A DNA stretch of 64,000 nucleotides from Octopus sinensis (GCF_006345805.1 NC_042997.1:24304001-24368000); one strand, 5' to 3'; shown: positions 1 through 13,464, counted from the first letter of the stretch. Program-made: numbers and translations. The notes: a model not told the origin generated them from the letters alone.

Positions 1-170
1 CATTCGTTAATATAGGTCGTGGTTCACGATTTTACAAATAGAAAATGAAATGAAATAACTTCAATGCATTAATTTATAGGTCTACCTGATCAGTGATGAC
101 TTAGGTCTAAAAGCAACATCAAAATAGAAACAACTAGAACAACTTCCATTCATAAATAATTGTTTTTGTA

Positions 171-736
171 TTGAGTTCTCCAGAAAGTTCGTGCCGATTT
201 TTAAAATAAAGAAAAAGGTCAATAAATACTTGCCATTACATTTTTAATCAACCAGATATGAACCATTTTGTTGCACAATGCATCTCCATCTTTCCCTTAA
301 CTTGAAAATACCCTCTTCCCAGAATTGAGGTGATTTCATGGCAAAGAATTCATCAGGTTATCTTTTTACGTCATCCAAGGAATAGGAATTTTTACCATTA
401 AGACTATTCTGCTGAGACCTGAATAAGTGGAAATCCGAAGGAGCAATATCTGGTGAATATGGAGGGTGGGGTAAAACATCCCAGCCGAGCTGCAGCAATT
501 TTTGTCTGGTTCCCAAAGCATCAAGTGCTGAAAATGAACTTTCTTATTTTCCATTTCAAAGGGTTACAGAATTAACACAGGTTATAGGAACATAAATCTT
601 CTTCCACAAAAAGATAGCTTAAACTGTGCTGTAAATGGAGGTGTAGTCAAATCCTATTTTATGGACTCAACCATGTTCTAAAATAAATCGAAAGGTGATC
701 TACTATAAATCGGCACGAACTTTCCAGACAACCCAA
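171..736 (-). mobile_element. Non-autonomous mariner, internal-deletion derivative (copy 1)
   Basis: ~30-bp TIRs (171-200, 707-736) with TA on both sides (169-170, 737-738). Minus strand has transposase N-terminus MENKKVHFQHLMLWE joined out of frame to C-terminal TRQKLLQLGWDVLPHPPYSPDIAPSDFHLFRS (YSPDxAPxD motif). Confidence 0.92.
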
Positions 737-1625
737 TATTTTTGATTTATGAAAAAGTACACCCGGTATCAGTAATCTTTGCAAGAATGAGTAAATATGG
801 CTGTTGTTTAGTTTGAAAAGCAGCAGGCCAGTTTCTGTAGGGAAATGTCGAATAGCGGGTTACAGTTATAGCGAATAAATATTGTGCAAAGTTATTAATG
901 CGGAATCTCAGGGATGAGACAGAAAAAGAAAAAAAAAATGAAAAGAGACGCATATGAAGAGTAGTCATTGGAGTAGTCGAGATGGAGATAGAGATGGAGA
1001 AGATAGGAATAAATAAGTCAGTAATTGTAGTGGATGACTCCTCATTCAAACAATGGCTGCAATAAGTAAAGAGGAAGTTTGCTAGTTTAGATTATCAGAA
1101 ATAGTTGCAGTAAAAGTAGTGGAAGCAAGAGAAAAGGAAACAGGTGTCAATGTTTGTAGTATTTCAAATAAGGATTCTTTAACAATTTGACAAAAAGTTT
1201 CATTTTAGACGCTTTCTAAAATAATAGCCTGTGTCGCATTATCAGCATTTAACACATGTGTACAGTCTTCTATTGTACACCATACTTGTGCTTGCAAGGG
1301 ACATGCAACTGGACTGAGCTGAATAATTTCTTACGATAAATATTCAGCCTATCATTCTGATGCATTTTTGGCAACGTTAAATATGAGGTCACTTATGTAA
1401 TCAGATCATTGTATATTATGTATCCTAATATTTGTAGTAATTTTTAGGGTGCATCTATCACACATGTATAGAAAGGTATTTGTATATCACTATTTCCTAA
1501 AATACACATAGTGTTTATGTCTATGTACTAACGAAGGAAAAGTTGCAGCTATGTTCTCAATGAAGGATGTTATAAATAATTCCGGTAATAAAGGTAATAA
1601 AAGTATGGTGGCAATAATGTCAGGA

Positions 1626-1826
1626 TTATGGCGAAGAAGCTTGTACGAGGAAGTTCAAGGAGGACCGTCGGTTGCTATCACCTACATATAACTATATATT
1701 ATTAGAAAAGACTGACTTCGATGAGCAGAATGGAAAGTGGGTGAGACTTACCTAAAATTTGGGCATTTGCATTATTGATGTAAAGTGCGCGCGTGAGAAC
1801 TCTATGGGTATTTGCGCAATGGTGCC
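1626..1826 (-). CDS. Candidate last two exons of an unidentified gene (1826-1752 and 1681-1626)
   Basis: Acceptor ...ttcatag at 1828-1827, 75-nt phase-1/1 exon, donor AG|GTAAGT at 1751, 70-nt intron, acceptor tag at 1684-1682, stop TAA 1628-1626. Spliced frame is open: HHCANTHRVLTRALYINNANAQILGDSNRRSSLNFLVQASSP*. No homology recognised. Confidence 0.3.
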
Positions 1827-3012
1827 CTATGAATCAAAGCTAGTAAGAAATGAGAATTATACAGAAACTCCTGAAGGTCAATTTTACGATACATTTCTAA
1901 TGTTAAACGCAGTCGTATTATGTACTAGTTTGATATTCAGAGCGATCCCATGCCTTCTGTAGAGCCAGCTGCCCAACCGACGCTTACTCAACCAACTTCT
2001 TAGAAAGTAGACAACACTGATTTCTTTGAATTTCTTTACAACCAATGAAGTGTAAAAGAGAACTTTTGTAATTGATCTTTTATGTAACATGTGAGATTAT
2101 AAAGCGATGTGAAAGAGGAAAAGGGCGTAATGTATGAATATCGTAGATATTCAGAAAAAAAAATCAAGTTAAATATAAATATTAGAACACAACATATTCT
2201 AATGAAATAACAGGTATGATATATTTCGAAAGGTGTGATCACAGGACTTTAAGTTGCGCTTCAATATGAACTTTCGTATCTCTGAGTAGGATATAATAAG
2301 TACGTGCAGTTGTCATTCGTGCAATTACCTCGAAATGTTGAAATGCTAATTCACTATGATAATGCATATATGGATTAATCTGCCATCGAAAATAATCCAT
2401 CAGGAGAATATTTCTTACTACAGCTTCTTATGCGCGATGTTATAGGATAGGGATTATCATTTTAACATGATCCTTGAAACATACAAAAAAAAAGATCTAA
2501 CAATTAAATCTCTAACTGAAAGATTTACTATGTCATTTAATTGAATTGTAATTATAATTTTGATGTTTAGTTTACTTGTGACATACCAGCATATAAATGT
2601 TTAGATGTAGATGTAGATACTTAGCCATCTCACTAGAATCAATTTAATTTAATACAATATATATTATACTCGGCGTTTCGAATACCATTTTCAGACCTGT
2701 GTTGTAAAGCAGATTATAAGTAGACATTAAATATATATATAGAGAGAAATAAATAACACACCACACACACACACACACACCACACACAACATATATATAT
2801 ATATATATATATATAGATATATATATATATATATATATATAATAACAATATGATAAATAAAACACATGCATATATACATACATATATGTACATACTTACA
2901 TCTAAATGTATATATACATGCATATATGAGTACAGGACACCACAAATAAACGCAGGACACAACGAGAAACGAAAACATAAAATCAAACAAGAAACGGACT
3001 CTCCAAGTAAGT

Positions 3013-3081
<69 letters not shown>

Positions 3082-3165
3082 GATAGATATATATTGATAA
3101 AAATGGTAAGACAACAAAAGAAAGAAAGAGACCTCGATATTATGTAAATAGGAGAATTTATCGGC

Positions 3166-3368
3166 AAATGTAATATGTGACAATTATTCGGCAGTCATGA
3201 TAAAACTCCGAGTTTCGGATGCCGAGGTGGAAATCCTCGCCGCCATCGCTTCAGTTATCCGGCCATCAGGAAAATGCTATGAAAAATGACCGTTATACAA
3301 AAGGAAATTCGGCGTCCGAAAGTCGGAGTTTTATCATGGCTACCGAATAATTGTCACATATTACATTT
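3166..3368. repeat. Foldback/MITE-like element with 60-bp inverted arms
   Basis: Arms 3166-3225 and 3309-3368 are reverse complements with 4 mismatches; 83-bp spacer; sits between (TA)n tracts. Confidence 0.8.
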
Positions 3369-3398
3369 ACAGATATATATACATATATATATATACTT

Positions 3399-3463
<65 letters not shown>

Positions 3464-3510
3464 ATATATATATATATATATACGAAGAAGATAGCCTCTA
3501 TGCATCATAT

Positions 3511-3977
3511 AAGCTATTGGGAAAGACTCTATTCCTTAGAGCGTAGGCGAGAAAGATATGCCCTAATATAGATCTGGAAGATCCTGGAAGGACTTGTCCC
3601 AAAATTTGGCATCGAGTGTTACACAAATACTAGAACTGGCCGCCACTGCATAGTGCCAAGGACTCCAAATTTTCCATCAAGATGTAGGACAAGATACTAC
3701 GATAGTCTGGGCTTCAGAGGTCCACAGCTCTTCAATATCCTCCCGAAGGACCTGAGAGACCTGCATGGGGTGGATGTAGGTGTTTTCAAAATATAGCTGG
3801 ATCTCTTCCTGTCAAATGTCCCAGATGAACCAACCTCACAGCAGGAGGTGCAAATGAGGGCAGCTGCATCAAACTCTCTAATGCACCAAATGTCAATTCC
3901 TAAAAGGCATCTGTGGAGTAAAATTATGGCGGTGCCCCAGCATGGCCACAGCTCGTGAGTTGAAACTAGATAAAATA
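3511..3977 (+). mobile_element. 5'-truncated CR1/L2-group LINE, ORF2 C-terminus plus 3' tail
   Basis: Decayed frames SYWERLYSLERRRERYAL..WKILEGLVP..GFRGPQLFNILPKDLRDL..LDLFLSNVPDEP..AASNSLMHQ; ends GGCGGTGCCCCAGCATGGCCACAGCTCGTGAGTTGAAACTAG; homologous to 46543-47000. Confidence 0.85.
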
Positions 3978-4642
3978 TAAAAAAAAAAATATATATATAT
4001 ATACATATATACGTACATGCATCCATAGACAACATTCACACAAAAATATTGGAAGGGCATGTTCCAAACTTCAGCATTAGAGGGGATTTTAATGCCCGAA
4101 ATGGTAGATACTGTCACCCTCCAAATATATCACCTTCGAAATAACGAACAAAAATACGTTTTTGTAAAAATTTACAGGTTCTCAATTGTTCAACTGCCTA
4201 TCTAAAGGAATCAGAAGTATAAATGGGGACTCTTACTGAAACATTAAAAATACATTGGATAAATGTCTAACGACGATACCGGATGAGCCAACCACTTAAA
4301 GATACACTCAGGGAAGATCAGCTGCTACAAATTCAATCGTAGAACAACTTCTAGACATAAAGTGACAATATTTCTGAAAGAAAATAAATTCAGGAGGTGC
4401 TCTAGCATGACCGCAAGGCTACGGCTGAAACCAGCGAAAGAACAAAAGAAAGAACATATATACATATTTACTAATGTACGCAATGTCCACGCAAACGACT
4501 GTAAGTGGAAGTTAACCTCCACGGGGAATAAGTGATTTACTTGACTGAATATTAAAACCCACCCATTGAATCAGTGAGAGAAAGTGGGAATGAGAGAGAC
4601 TAACTGATTGATTGATTGATTGAGAGAGAAAGTGGTGGAGAA

Positions 4643-4689
<47 letters not shown>

Positions 4690-5068
4690 AAGAGTGAGAG
4701 AGAGAGAGAGAGTTAAAGAAAAGCGGGCATATAATAATTAAAAAAAAACACTATGAGAGAAAGAAGCAAAATCTTTGGCTGATAGAAATATAGGACAAAT
4801 GAAAAATAAAAAAATGAGAATATAGAAATAGAATAGAAAAGATTTGAAATGGCTAGACTACATGGCAAAATCTGAGTGAGAAGCCAGGGTTCCACTTAAA
4901 AATCTTCACTAACCTAAAGCTTTCACATTTGGTGTCAGGCGCCATATAATTATTATTCCGCTTCTGTCAATGTCACACTCTCTGATTTAAACCCCATAGG
5001 AATATCTATTTCTATACACATACAAACGCATATATATATATATATATATATATTATATAATATATATA

Positions 5069-5099
<31 letters not shown>

Positions 5100-5519
5100 T
5101 GTATGTATTTGTGTATACTTAAACATATATGAATGGACGTATGTGTTTTTGTATGCATGTAGATATATGTGGGTGTGTGATTGCGTATGTATATATATAT
5201 GTGTGTAGGAAGAAATAAAACATAAGCGTCTCGAGTACACCACAGGAAATTGATAAAAGACAAATGCCAAAATGTGTGTTGGAGAATATATACGAGTAGG
5301 TACTTTCATGAAAGCGGGATGGCGTTTTTTTTTTTTTCGTACAAATACAAGCAGGAACATGAACACACACAGACAAAGTGCACATACACACATATGCCGC
5401 AAAGAATTCTGTGGAGGGGCACAAACAATTATACAAGCGCGCGCGCCGACAAACACTGGCATATTCACAACCACACATCAATAATCATGCACACATACAT
5501 ACATATATACATACGTATA

Positions 5520-5546
5520 TTAATATATATGCATATATGTATGTAA

Positions 5547-5592
<46 letters not shown>

Positions 5593-5758
5593 ATAATATA
5601 TATATATATATGGACATATATACATATAATATATATATATATTTTTATATATATATATGGACATATATACATATATATATATATATTTTTATATATATAT
5701 GGACATATATACATATATATATATTTATATATATATATATATATACTATATATATATT

Positions 5759-5789
<31 letters not shown>

Positions 5790-5854
5790 TTTATATATAT
5801 ATTATATATATACATAAATTTATATATATATACATATATACATTTATATACATG

Positions 5855-5885
<31 letters not shown>

Positions 5886-5899
5886 ATATACGTAAATAC

Positions 5900-5930
<31 letters not shown>

Positions 5931-6121
5931 ATATATATATATAATATATATATATGTATTTACGTATATATATATATATACACATATATATATATACATA
6001 TACACACATACACACACACATATGTATGTATATATATATATATACCTACAATATACAAACAACCAAATTCACACGCGTAATTATAATATACCATAATCGA
6101 TATCTATCTATCTATCTATCT

Positions 6122-6190
<69 letters not shown>
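5520..6190. repeat. Long degenerate (TA)n tract with (CA)n, (ATCT)n and (TG)n segments
   Basis: Directly visible; source of the IY-rich ORFs in the track. Confidence 0.95.
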
Positions 6191-6195
<5 letters not shown>

Positions 6196-6889
6196 ACTTA
6201 CACACATATACATATGTATAAACATGCTAACACATAGATATATGCACACACGGAAGCACGCTCGCACAAACACACGAATTGACACAGACATACATACATA
6301 TTGCAATCAAAACTCTGGTTATTGCTTTCAAAATTTTCATCACTCATGTTATGACGACATAATATTTTATTCCATCACTTTATTATCTTTCTTATCTGAA
6401 GTGAGCCCCAGGACGAAGGTTTGTCGCAGTTACGTATTTTTCCTTTAAGGATCGATAAAAAAAGCTAACACCGAAATCTATATATCTACACACATTCACA
6501 GACACACACATATGCATGTATATCATTATTCCGTTTTATTTCAAGATTTCTTGTCGATAGAGAAAGAACTGGTTTCTAACCTAGATTCAAAGCGCCTTCA
6601 CTGGAATTTCAACATCATGTATATATGGACGGAAGAATGGATTGATGGAAGGATGTACGTATGTATGTATGTATGTATGTATGTATGTATGTATGTATGT
6701 ATGTATGTATGTATTTATGTATGTTTGTATGTATGCATGCATTTATGTATGTGTGTAAGTATGCATGCATAGTGTATGTATACGATGTCTGATGAATAAA
6801 TATCCGGAATATTGCCATAGTAACGAAACAAAAGCATGCAGAGTGAAGCCGCTTGGCACAAATTCACTTGGGAATCAACTCAGCATTCG

Positions 6890-7320
6890 CATTAGGTTTC
6901 AACGTTCCAGCTCATTTCCGTTGTTTAATTGCAGTGCTTGGAAGGAAGGTGAGTGTCGTGTGATCGTTGTTATGGCGATATCTGCTAAGAGACCTACGCA
7001 AGGTTGCAGAAAGTGTATGGAGGGGTGTGTATGAGCCGCACACAAGTGTACGAGGGTTTCAGCCGTTTCCAAGATGGCCGAAAAATGTCGATAGTGACGA
7101 ACGTTCTGGGAGACCTCAACCAGCAGAACTGAGAAAAAATATTGCAGAATGTGACCACAGCCGAGAGAGAACATCGTTGAATCACCATTCGTGAGTTATT
7201 AGAGGATGTGCAAATTAGTTACGGCTCAGTTCAGTCCATTATCACTGAAGATTTGGGTACGAGACGCATGTCTGCGAAGTTTGTGCCCAAACTGCTTTCA
7301 GCTGACCAAAGAGAATTGTA
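6890..7320 (+). pseudogene. Mariner transposase 5' fragment with frameshifts
   Basis: ETYARLQKVYGGVCMSRTQVYEGFSRFQDG / KNVDSDERSGRP / QISYGSVQSIITEDLGTRRMSAKFVPKLLSADQRE (HTH region plus WVPHEL-like FVPKLL). Confidence 0.85.
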
Positions 7321-7364
7321 CAAGATCTTGACCGAGTCGAGAATGATGAAAAGTTTTGAAAACT

Positions 7365-7530
7365 TTGCGAAGGCCTCTGAGCAGTTATCACCAAGCTTTT
7401 AGCAAAATTTGATGCAGATTCTCTGCTCAAATTTCTTTGTCGTGCTCAATGCGACGATCACACGCTACACACATTTCTTTCAAGCAGTGCTGTAAAGAGC
7501 AGAATTGAGCTAGAACGTTAAAACTTAGTG
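7365..7530 (-). pseudogene. Second mariner 5' fragment, facing the first
   Basis: Minus strand reads KKFEQRICIKFC*KLGDNCSEAFAKF (mariner N-terminus); upstream part is homologous to 6890-7010 on the plus strand. Confidence 0.7.
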
Positions 7531-8182
7531 CACATTCACAACAGAGTTCAAGGTTAATCTGTGCCATGCAGCTTTACTACTACGCGCTTTAGCAACAGTC
7601 CGTATGCTTATTGATCAGACCACGTACTATGGCAACAGTCCGTATGCTTATTGATCAGACCACGTACATGCATGAATATATGCAATTATGCATGAACGTA
7701 TGCATGTATGTATTTATGTATATATATATGCATGTATGTATGTATGTATGTATGTATGTTGCAATTATGCACGAAAGTATGCATGTATATATGCATGCAT
7801 GTATGCATGTATGTATATATATGCATATATATATTATGTATATGTGTGTGGTGGAGAGAGTTTGTGTACGCATACATAGTGTCGTTATTTACAAGTGTGG
7901 GAATGCATAACTGTATGGAGATGTACTTGAAATTATAGGAAACCTGATAGCAGCATCGCTGAAAAAGCTCTTAACAATTTTAGCTACTTGTATGATGGTC
8001 TGCGAAATAATGCCTAGGCACTCTATTATGGTTTAGATCATAATGTGTAGGAGGTTAGTGATAATGCCATTGAGGTGCTACAGGGAAGTTCCAGTGAAGT
8101 TTTCGGTATGGACTCTTGTTGATTCTTGCGGTCATTCTAAGTAAGTGCATGAAATATCGCTAAGGTGGGAATTGTAAGGTGT

Positions 8183-8445
8183 ACTTTGATACTTTGATAC
8201 TTTGATAGGTTTCGGCCATTATTGGCCCAGGCCATCTCTAACTTAATAGCACCACCTGGTGAAGTCTTTCAAGTCAGAATTTGGGCACTATGGCCCACTC
8301 AAGTAGAGAGTTATTGTTTACAGAGACATATCCGGGTGTAGGGGGTTTATCCGGGATTTCTTGAAGGAATCTGTCCAAAGACTTCTTGAACCCTATAGGG
8401 TCAGTTTCTGTTTTAATGTGTTTTGGTGTAATGTTAAAGAGAGCG
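8183..8445 (-). mobile_element. CR1-like LINE 3' end with 8-bp repeat tail
   Basis: ORF 8274-8474 contains ALFNITPKHIKTETDPIGFKKSLDRFLQEIPDKPPTPGYVSVNNNSLLEW; tail (ATCAAAGT)x3 at 8183-8206 after a GGCC..GGCC stem-loop. Confidence 0.8.
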
Positions 8446-8864
8446 GTGTGATAGAAATTTTCTACGTCAGGCATTTGGTTTCCATTTTCTTACTCCGTGT
8501 TTTACGCGAATGAAGAATCTATTGTGCGACTGCATAAAGCAAGATTCCTACTAAAGTCGCAGCGTCGACAAAAACTAGCAAAAAAAAAAAAAAAGAAAGG
8601 ACGAAAGAAGAGTTGTTATGGTGACAAATTTTAACCCGGAGTTAAAAGAAGTGAAGGTAGATGCGCAAGTCCCACGGACAGCATTGGAGCAGGGAAATAA
8701 ATATATATTTTCCCAAATTACAGGGTGACTGAAATTCATCAAGAACGAAATTTAGCATATCCAGAAAACCAGTGAAGTTAGGAAGCATGGTAAACAGTAC
8801 TGAGGGCAGGAAAATATCATAGAGCATGTTGTTAAGATGAGGTGCACTCACGTGAAAATCCTGC

Positions 8865-8909
<45 letters not shown>

Positions 8910-9172
8910 AATGGAGTTCAACGCAGGTATAATTCAAATACTTTTACTTCAGACACATGTTTCGAAGATTTCACTGATGTTATTCAAAAGAAGAAAAGGT
9001 GTAAAGCAATGTAATCTTCTCTTCGAGGAAGTGAAGAAACGAAACTCGTCAATAAGATATTTTAGCAGAAAATGATGGATATGTATAGTGATATACTGAA
9101 CGCTATTAATATTGTTTGAAAACACGGTATATGATATAAAGTCAGAAGTCACCTATAGAAAGAAAAATACAC

Positions 9173-9275
<103 letters not shown>

Positions 9276-10136
9276 TAGATAGATAGATAGATAGATAGAG
9301 AGATAGATAGATAGATAGATAGATAGGTACATACACGTAACACGCACACAAGCACATAGTCCTATACACATGCACACATATACGTCTGTATGTACTTGTG
9401 AGTATGCATTTCATTGTAACTGTGTCTTGAAGCATATTACACAGAATAAAATGGGATTACTCAGTACAAGTACAGTTTATTCATTTTAAGATGATGATAT
9501 CAAAGTATATAGTACAAATTCTGATCTACTAGCAACAGCCAGGAAAACGAGAATAGAAATATCATATGGATTATCCTAGCATGCAACATTGCACGAACTA
9601 TCTTAGCAATCATAATCCTACAAGCCACCTGTACTATATGTTCTCATCCTTTTTTCTTCCCACTGAAAACAATGTAAAGGTCAGCTATAGTTGCAAATCG
9701 TATTTAGCAAGTGTAGTATAAAAGAAAAAAAAAGGAGAAGCAAATTAAAAGAGCATGTATATCAAAGCTTGCTGAATACAAACTTAATAATCTAACAACG
9801 TATCGCTTAAATGACATATACCCGTGAAAGGCATGAATATATAACAACTAAACACAGGTCGAGTGATAGCAAATAACAATGAATATGACATGATGACGTG
9901 GCTAATTCAAGATCTACCCTACGTGCATTTGTTACGTGAAATATGCAGAATAAGGCATCTTAAACCATTCTGAAATTCGAAAATGGTATGACCTTATAAT
10001 AAAGAAGAAAATACTTGTCAGTGAAAACTCAAACGTCTACGTGAATAGTTCAGATTTATAAGGAATCACAGAGAAATACAAAATCATGATACTGCCGATC
10101 GATCAAAATTTAATTAGCGAAAAATGGAGAGAAATA

Positions 10137-10699
10137 TTAGTTTGTCCGGAAAGTTCATGCCGATTTTTAAAAGAAAAAGTTGAATAAATACTTGCCATTA
10201 CATTTTTAATCAACCAAATATGAACCATTCTGTTGCACAATGCGTCTCTATCTTTCCCTTAATTTGAAAATACCCTTTTCCCAGAATTGAGGTGGTTTCA
10301 TGGCAAAGAATTCATCAAGGTATCTTTTAACGTCATCCAAGGAATTGAAATTTTTACCATTAAGACTATTCTGCAGGGACCTGAATAAGTGGAAATCCGA
10401 AGAAGCAATATCTGGTGAATATGCAGGGTGGGGGTAACACATCCCAGCCGAACTGCAGCAATTTTTGTCTGGTTCCCAAAGCATCAAGTGCCGAAAATGA
10501 ACTTTCTTATCTTCCATTTTAAAGGGTTACAGAATTAACACAGGTTATAGGAACATAAATCTTCTTCCACGAAAATGTAGCTTAAACTGTGCTCAAAATG
10601 GTGGTGTAGTCAAATCCGATTTTATGGACTCAACCATGTTCTAATATAAGTCGAAATGTAAGCTACTGTAAATCGGCACGAACTTTCCGGACAACCCAA
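10137..10699 (-). mobile_element. Non-autonomous mariner, internal-deletion derivative (copy 2)
   Basis: Same TIRs and TA flanks (10135-10136, 10700-10701) as 171-736; ORF 10248-10517 MEDKKVHFRHLMLWE..PHPAYSPDIASSDFHLFRSLQNSLNGK. Confidence 0.93.
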
Positions 10700-10978
10700 T
10701 ACATTTGCGATGTAGATGATCTGCAAGTAAAAACAAAAGCATTTTAGTCAAAGACTATCATTAAAAATAGACGGATGCATTATGTAAAACAGTTCTTCAT
10801 AGGAAATATCTTAAAATATGAATGGATTATATACGATTGTATAAAATTGTTTGGCCAGCATTGTTCTGGCGATTAGTGACAAGGAAGAGAAATAGAGTTC
10901 CCATGAGTAGATGGAAAGTATATTCATGCTAAATATGTACATTCCAGCTGTATTCCTGATATGAAAGCATGTTACAAA

Positions 10979-11350
10979 AGATTAGATCGACTCCAGTACG
11001 CAACTGGTACTTAATTTATCGACCCCGAAAAGATGAAAAGCAAAGTCGACTTCAGCGGAATTTGAACTGAGAATGTATAGACAGACGAAACATTTCGCCC
11101 GGCGTGCTAACGTTTGTGCTAGCTCGCCATCTTAAAGTAATTATTTCTCCTTTAGGCACAAAGCCTTTAAAAATTTTAGGGAGACTGGTCAGTCGATTAG
11201 ATCGACCCCAGTACGCAACTGGTACTTAATTTATCGATCCCGAAAGGATGAAAGGCAAAGTCGATCTCGGTAGAATTTGAGCTCAGAGTATAAAGACAGT
11301 CGAAATACTGCTAAGCATTTTGTCCGGCGTACTAACGTTTCTACCAGCCT
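10979..11350 (-). mobile_element. Two adjacent SINE-A family copies (10979-11133 partial; 11140-11350 with alternative tail)
   Basis: Head ..AGAAACGTTAG..GAGTTCAAATTCC and central GCCTTTCATCCTTTCGGGGTCGATAAATTAAGTACCAG (recalled as Meta/MESC-like; unverified). Confidence 0.8.
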
Positions 11351-11670
11351 TGAGTGTGAGTAGATATTGAGCAAATACCGGATTCGTTGCGACGTAAAAT
11401 ATGTAGAGGTTTTCCTTTTCTTTTATCAGTCAAAATGACCAAAATTCATTACCGATTGTTCTATTAGGAATATTTATGATCCGGAGAAAAAACATCTAGT
11501 ACCATGTAATTACCAAGGATACTAATATGTTTTAAAATGAAATTGTGCCAGAAAATTTAAATTTTCAAGAGGAAAGCATAACTTTTTCGTTTTGTTTTAC
11601 TAATAGGAACAAGACAGAAAAGAGAGATTCTAATGCGTCAAAAGCTTACTGGTTCATTTTAGTTCTAATA

Positions 11671-12094
11671 TACTCTCTTTTTACTCTTTACTCTTTTACT
11701 TGTTTCAGTCATTTGACTGCGGCCATGCTGGAGCACCGCCTTTATAGTCGAGCAACTCGACCCCGGGACTTATTCTTTGTAAGCCCAGTACTTATTCTAT
11801 CGGTCTCTTTTGCCGAACCGTTAAGTAACGGGGACGTAAACACACCAGCATCGGTTGTCGAGCGATGTTGGGGGGACAAACACAGACACACAAACATACA
11901 CATACACACGCATATATATATACATACATACGACAGGCTTCTTTCAGTTTCCGTCTACCAAATCCACTCACAAGGCATTGGTCGGCCCGGAGCTATAGCA
12001 GAAGACACTTGCCCAAGATGACACGCAGTGGGACTGAACCCGGAACCATGTGGCTGGTTAGCAAGCTACTTACCACACAGCCACTCCTGCGCCT
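11671..12094 (-). mobile_element. SINE-B, full length (tRNA head, CORE-like segment, internal microsatellite, LINE-like tail)
   Basis: Head AGGCGCAGGAGTGGCTGTGTGGTAAG..GGGTTCAGTCCC, then CTTGGGCAAGTGTCTT; tail GGCGGTGCTCCAGCATGGCCGCAGTCAAATGACTGAAACAAG(TAAAAGAG)n; many copies in window. Confidence 0.9.
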
Positions 12095-13464
12095 GTATGA
12101 ATGATATTTTCAACAAGCTGTTATTTACGTAGATTTGAAATTAAGGTGAAACAGTCGTGTTTGTTGACAATTGTCATGGCACACGGATAGAAACTGTCAA
12201 AGTAATTTTCTTGCCTTTATGGTCAGTTCACTCAAAAAAGCAGTTGACAGAATTTGATGACGAAGAATAATTTGTTCAAGAACTTTGACAGAAGCCGAGG
12301 ATAACCAGAAGCAATTTAATGCAACTGAGCTTACAGAATAGATTTCTTTCACTGGTGCAAAGCATTCACTAGCTTTGCCGTGGAAGCAAGTTTCAGAGAG
12401 GACTATTCAAAATTTAAAGCAATAAACGATTCTTTATTTGTTATTACTTGTTATTCTATTACAAATTAAAAATAACTTAAAATAACTTTTTTGCACTTTA
12501 AAAAAAATCATTTTTTAAAATTATTAATTAATAATTAGAAATTTGAAAATAGGTCATAAAAATAATAGAAGTACATAATTAGTACAATAAATAGAATAAT
12601 ACAAAAATTAGTTATATATCACAATAAAATCTACCTATAACAACAAATTCACAGTAAAATTCGCTTGCGTTATTGCCTAAGTTATTGCCAAGTCTTCCCA
12701 TTTTTAGTCTTGACCCCATGACTATTTTTTTACATAATGAATTTGCCTACCATATATACTATTCTACTTTGCATAAAACTTTAACTATATTGGTACTTCT
12801 TTAAGAACTTTTTATTAGCAAGAATCCAACGAAGTATAGCAAGAGTTTGAAAATCCGTAAGCTATTTTACAAAAATTCGAAAGGGAACTTACGATGACAA
12901 CATTGAAACTATATAAAGAATGCATTGCACGAAAAAAAAATTTGAATACAAAATAAAATAAACCAAACCCAGAAGAAAAACACTGAAGCAGAAAATATTT
13001 CAAAATCGTCTTCAGCCAATGCTCAGATGTGAGAAGGTTGGAAAAATTTGCTTTTGCCGCAAACAATGTCACTCAGCAGAATTTTAACAGCTGTAGAAAT
13101 ATTCAGACTACAATGAATAAGAGTTTAAATAAATAATTTTAAATGAGATATGCTGTAATAAATCAAATAAAAATTTGAGGCTAAACAATGACCCGCGGAA
13201 ATTACACGGTATACAAGACGTATTCATCATCTTTATAAAATCTCGATAAATGTTTATTTGTCTAGAAATGTATGTAGGCAATATTATATTATTATAATGC
13301 AGCTCACGTTTATGTGTTCAGTTTTAAAACCAAACTTCGTAAGTAGTCATTTTGCAGTTTTCAGAGTCTTTTATTTTGAATATCCGCAATCAGCTGTCAG
13401 CAAAAATTTTACTTAGCTTTTAAAAATCGGAAACCCATTACACTTAGGTGACTTGCAGATGGTA

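Noticed and set aside
85-170. GTGATGA box C-like motif
   Set aside because: No downstream CTGA box D or terminal stem.
1655-1681. VIATDGP, cadherin-like motif on the minus strand
   Set aside because: Followed at once by a stop; no other cadherin motifs nearby.
2655-2705. Hammerhead-like words on the minus strand (CTGAAAA..CGAAACGCC)
   Set aside because: G8 and U16.1 are substituted and no stem I or stem II pairs; only a family consensus could rescue it.
12345-12430. Possible hAT dimerisation motif (LALPVEASSERT.SKFKAIN)
   Set aside because: Needs at least two frameshifts in 20 codons and has no supporting TIRs.
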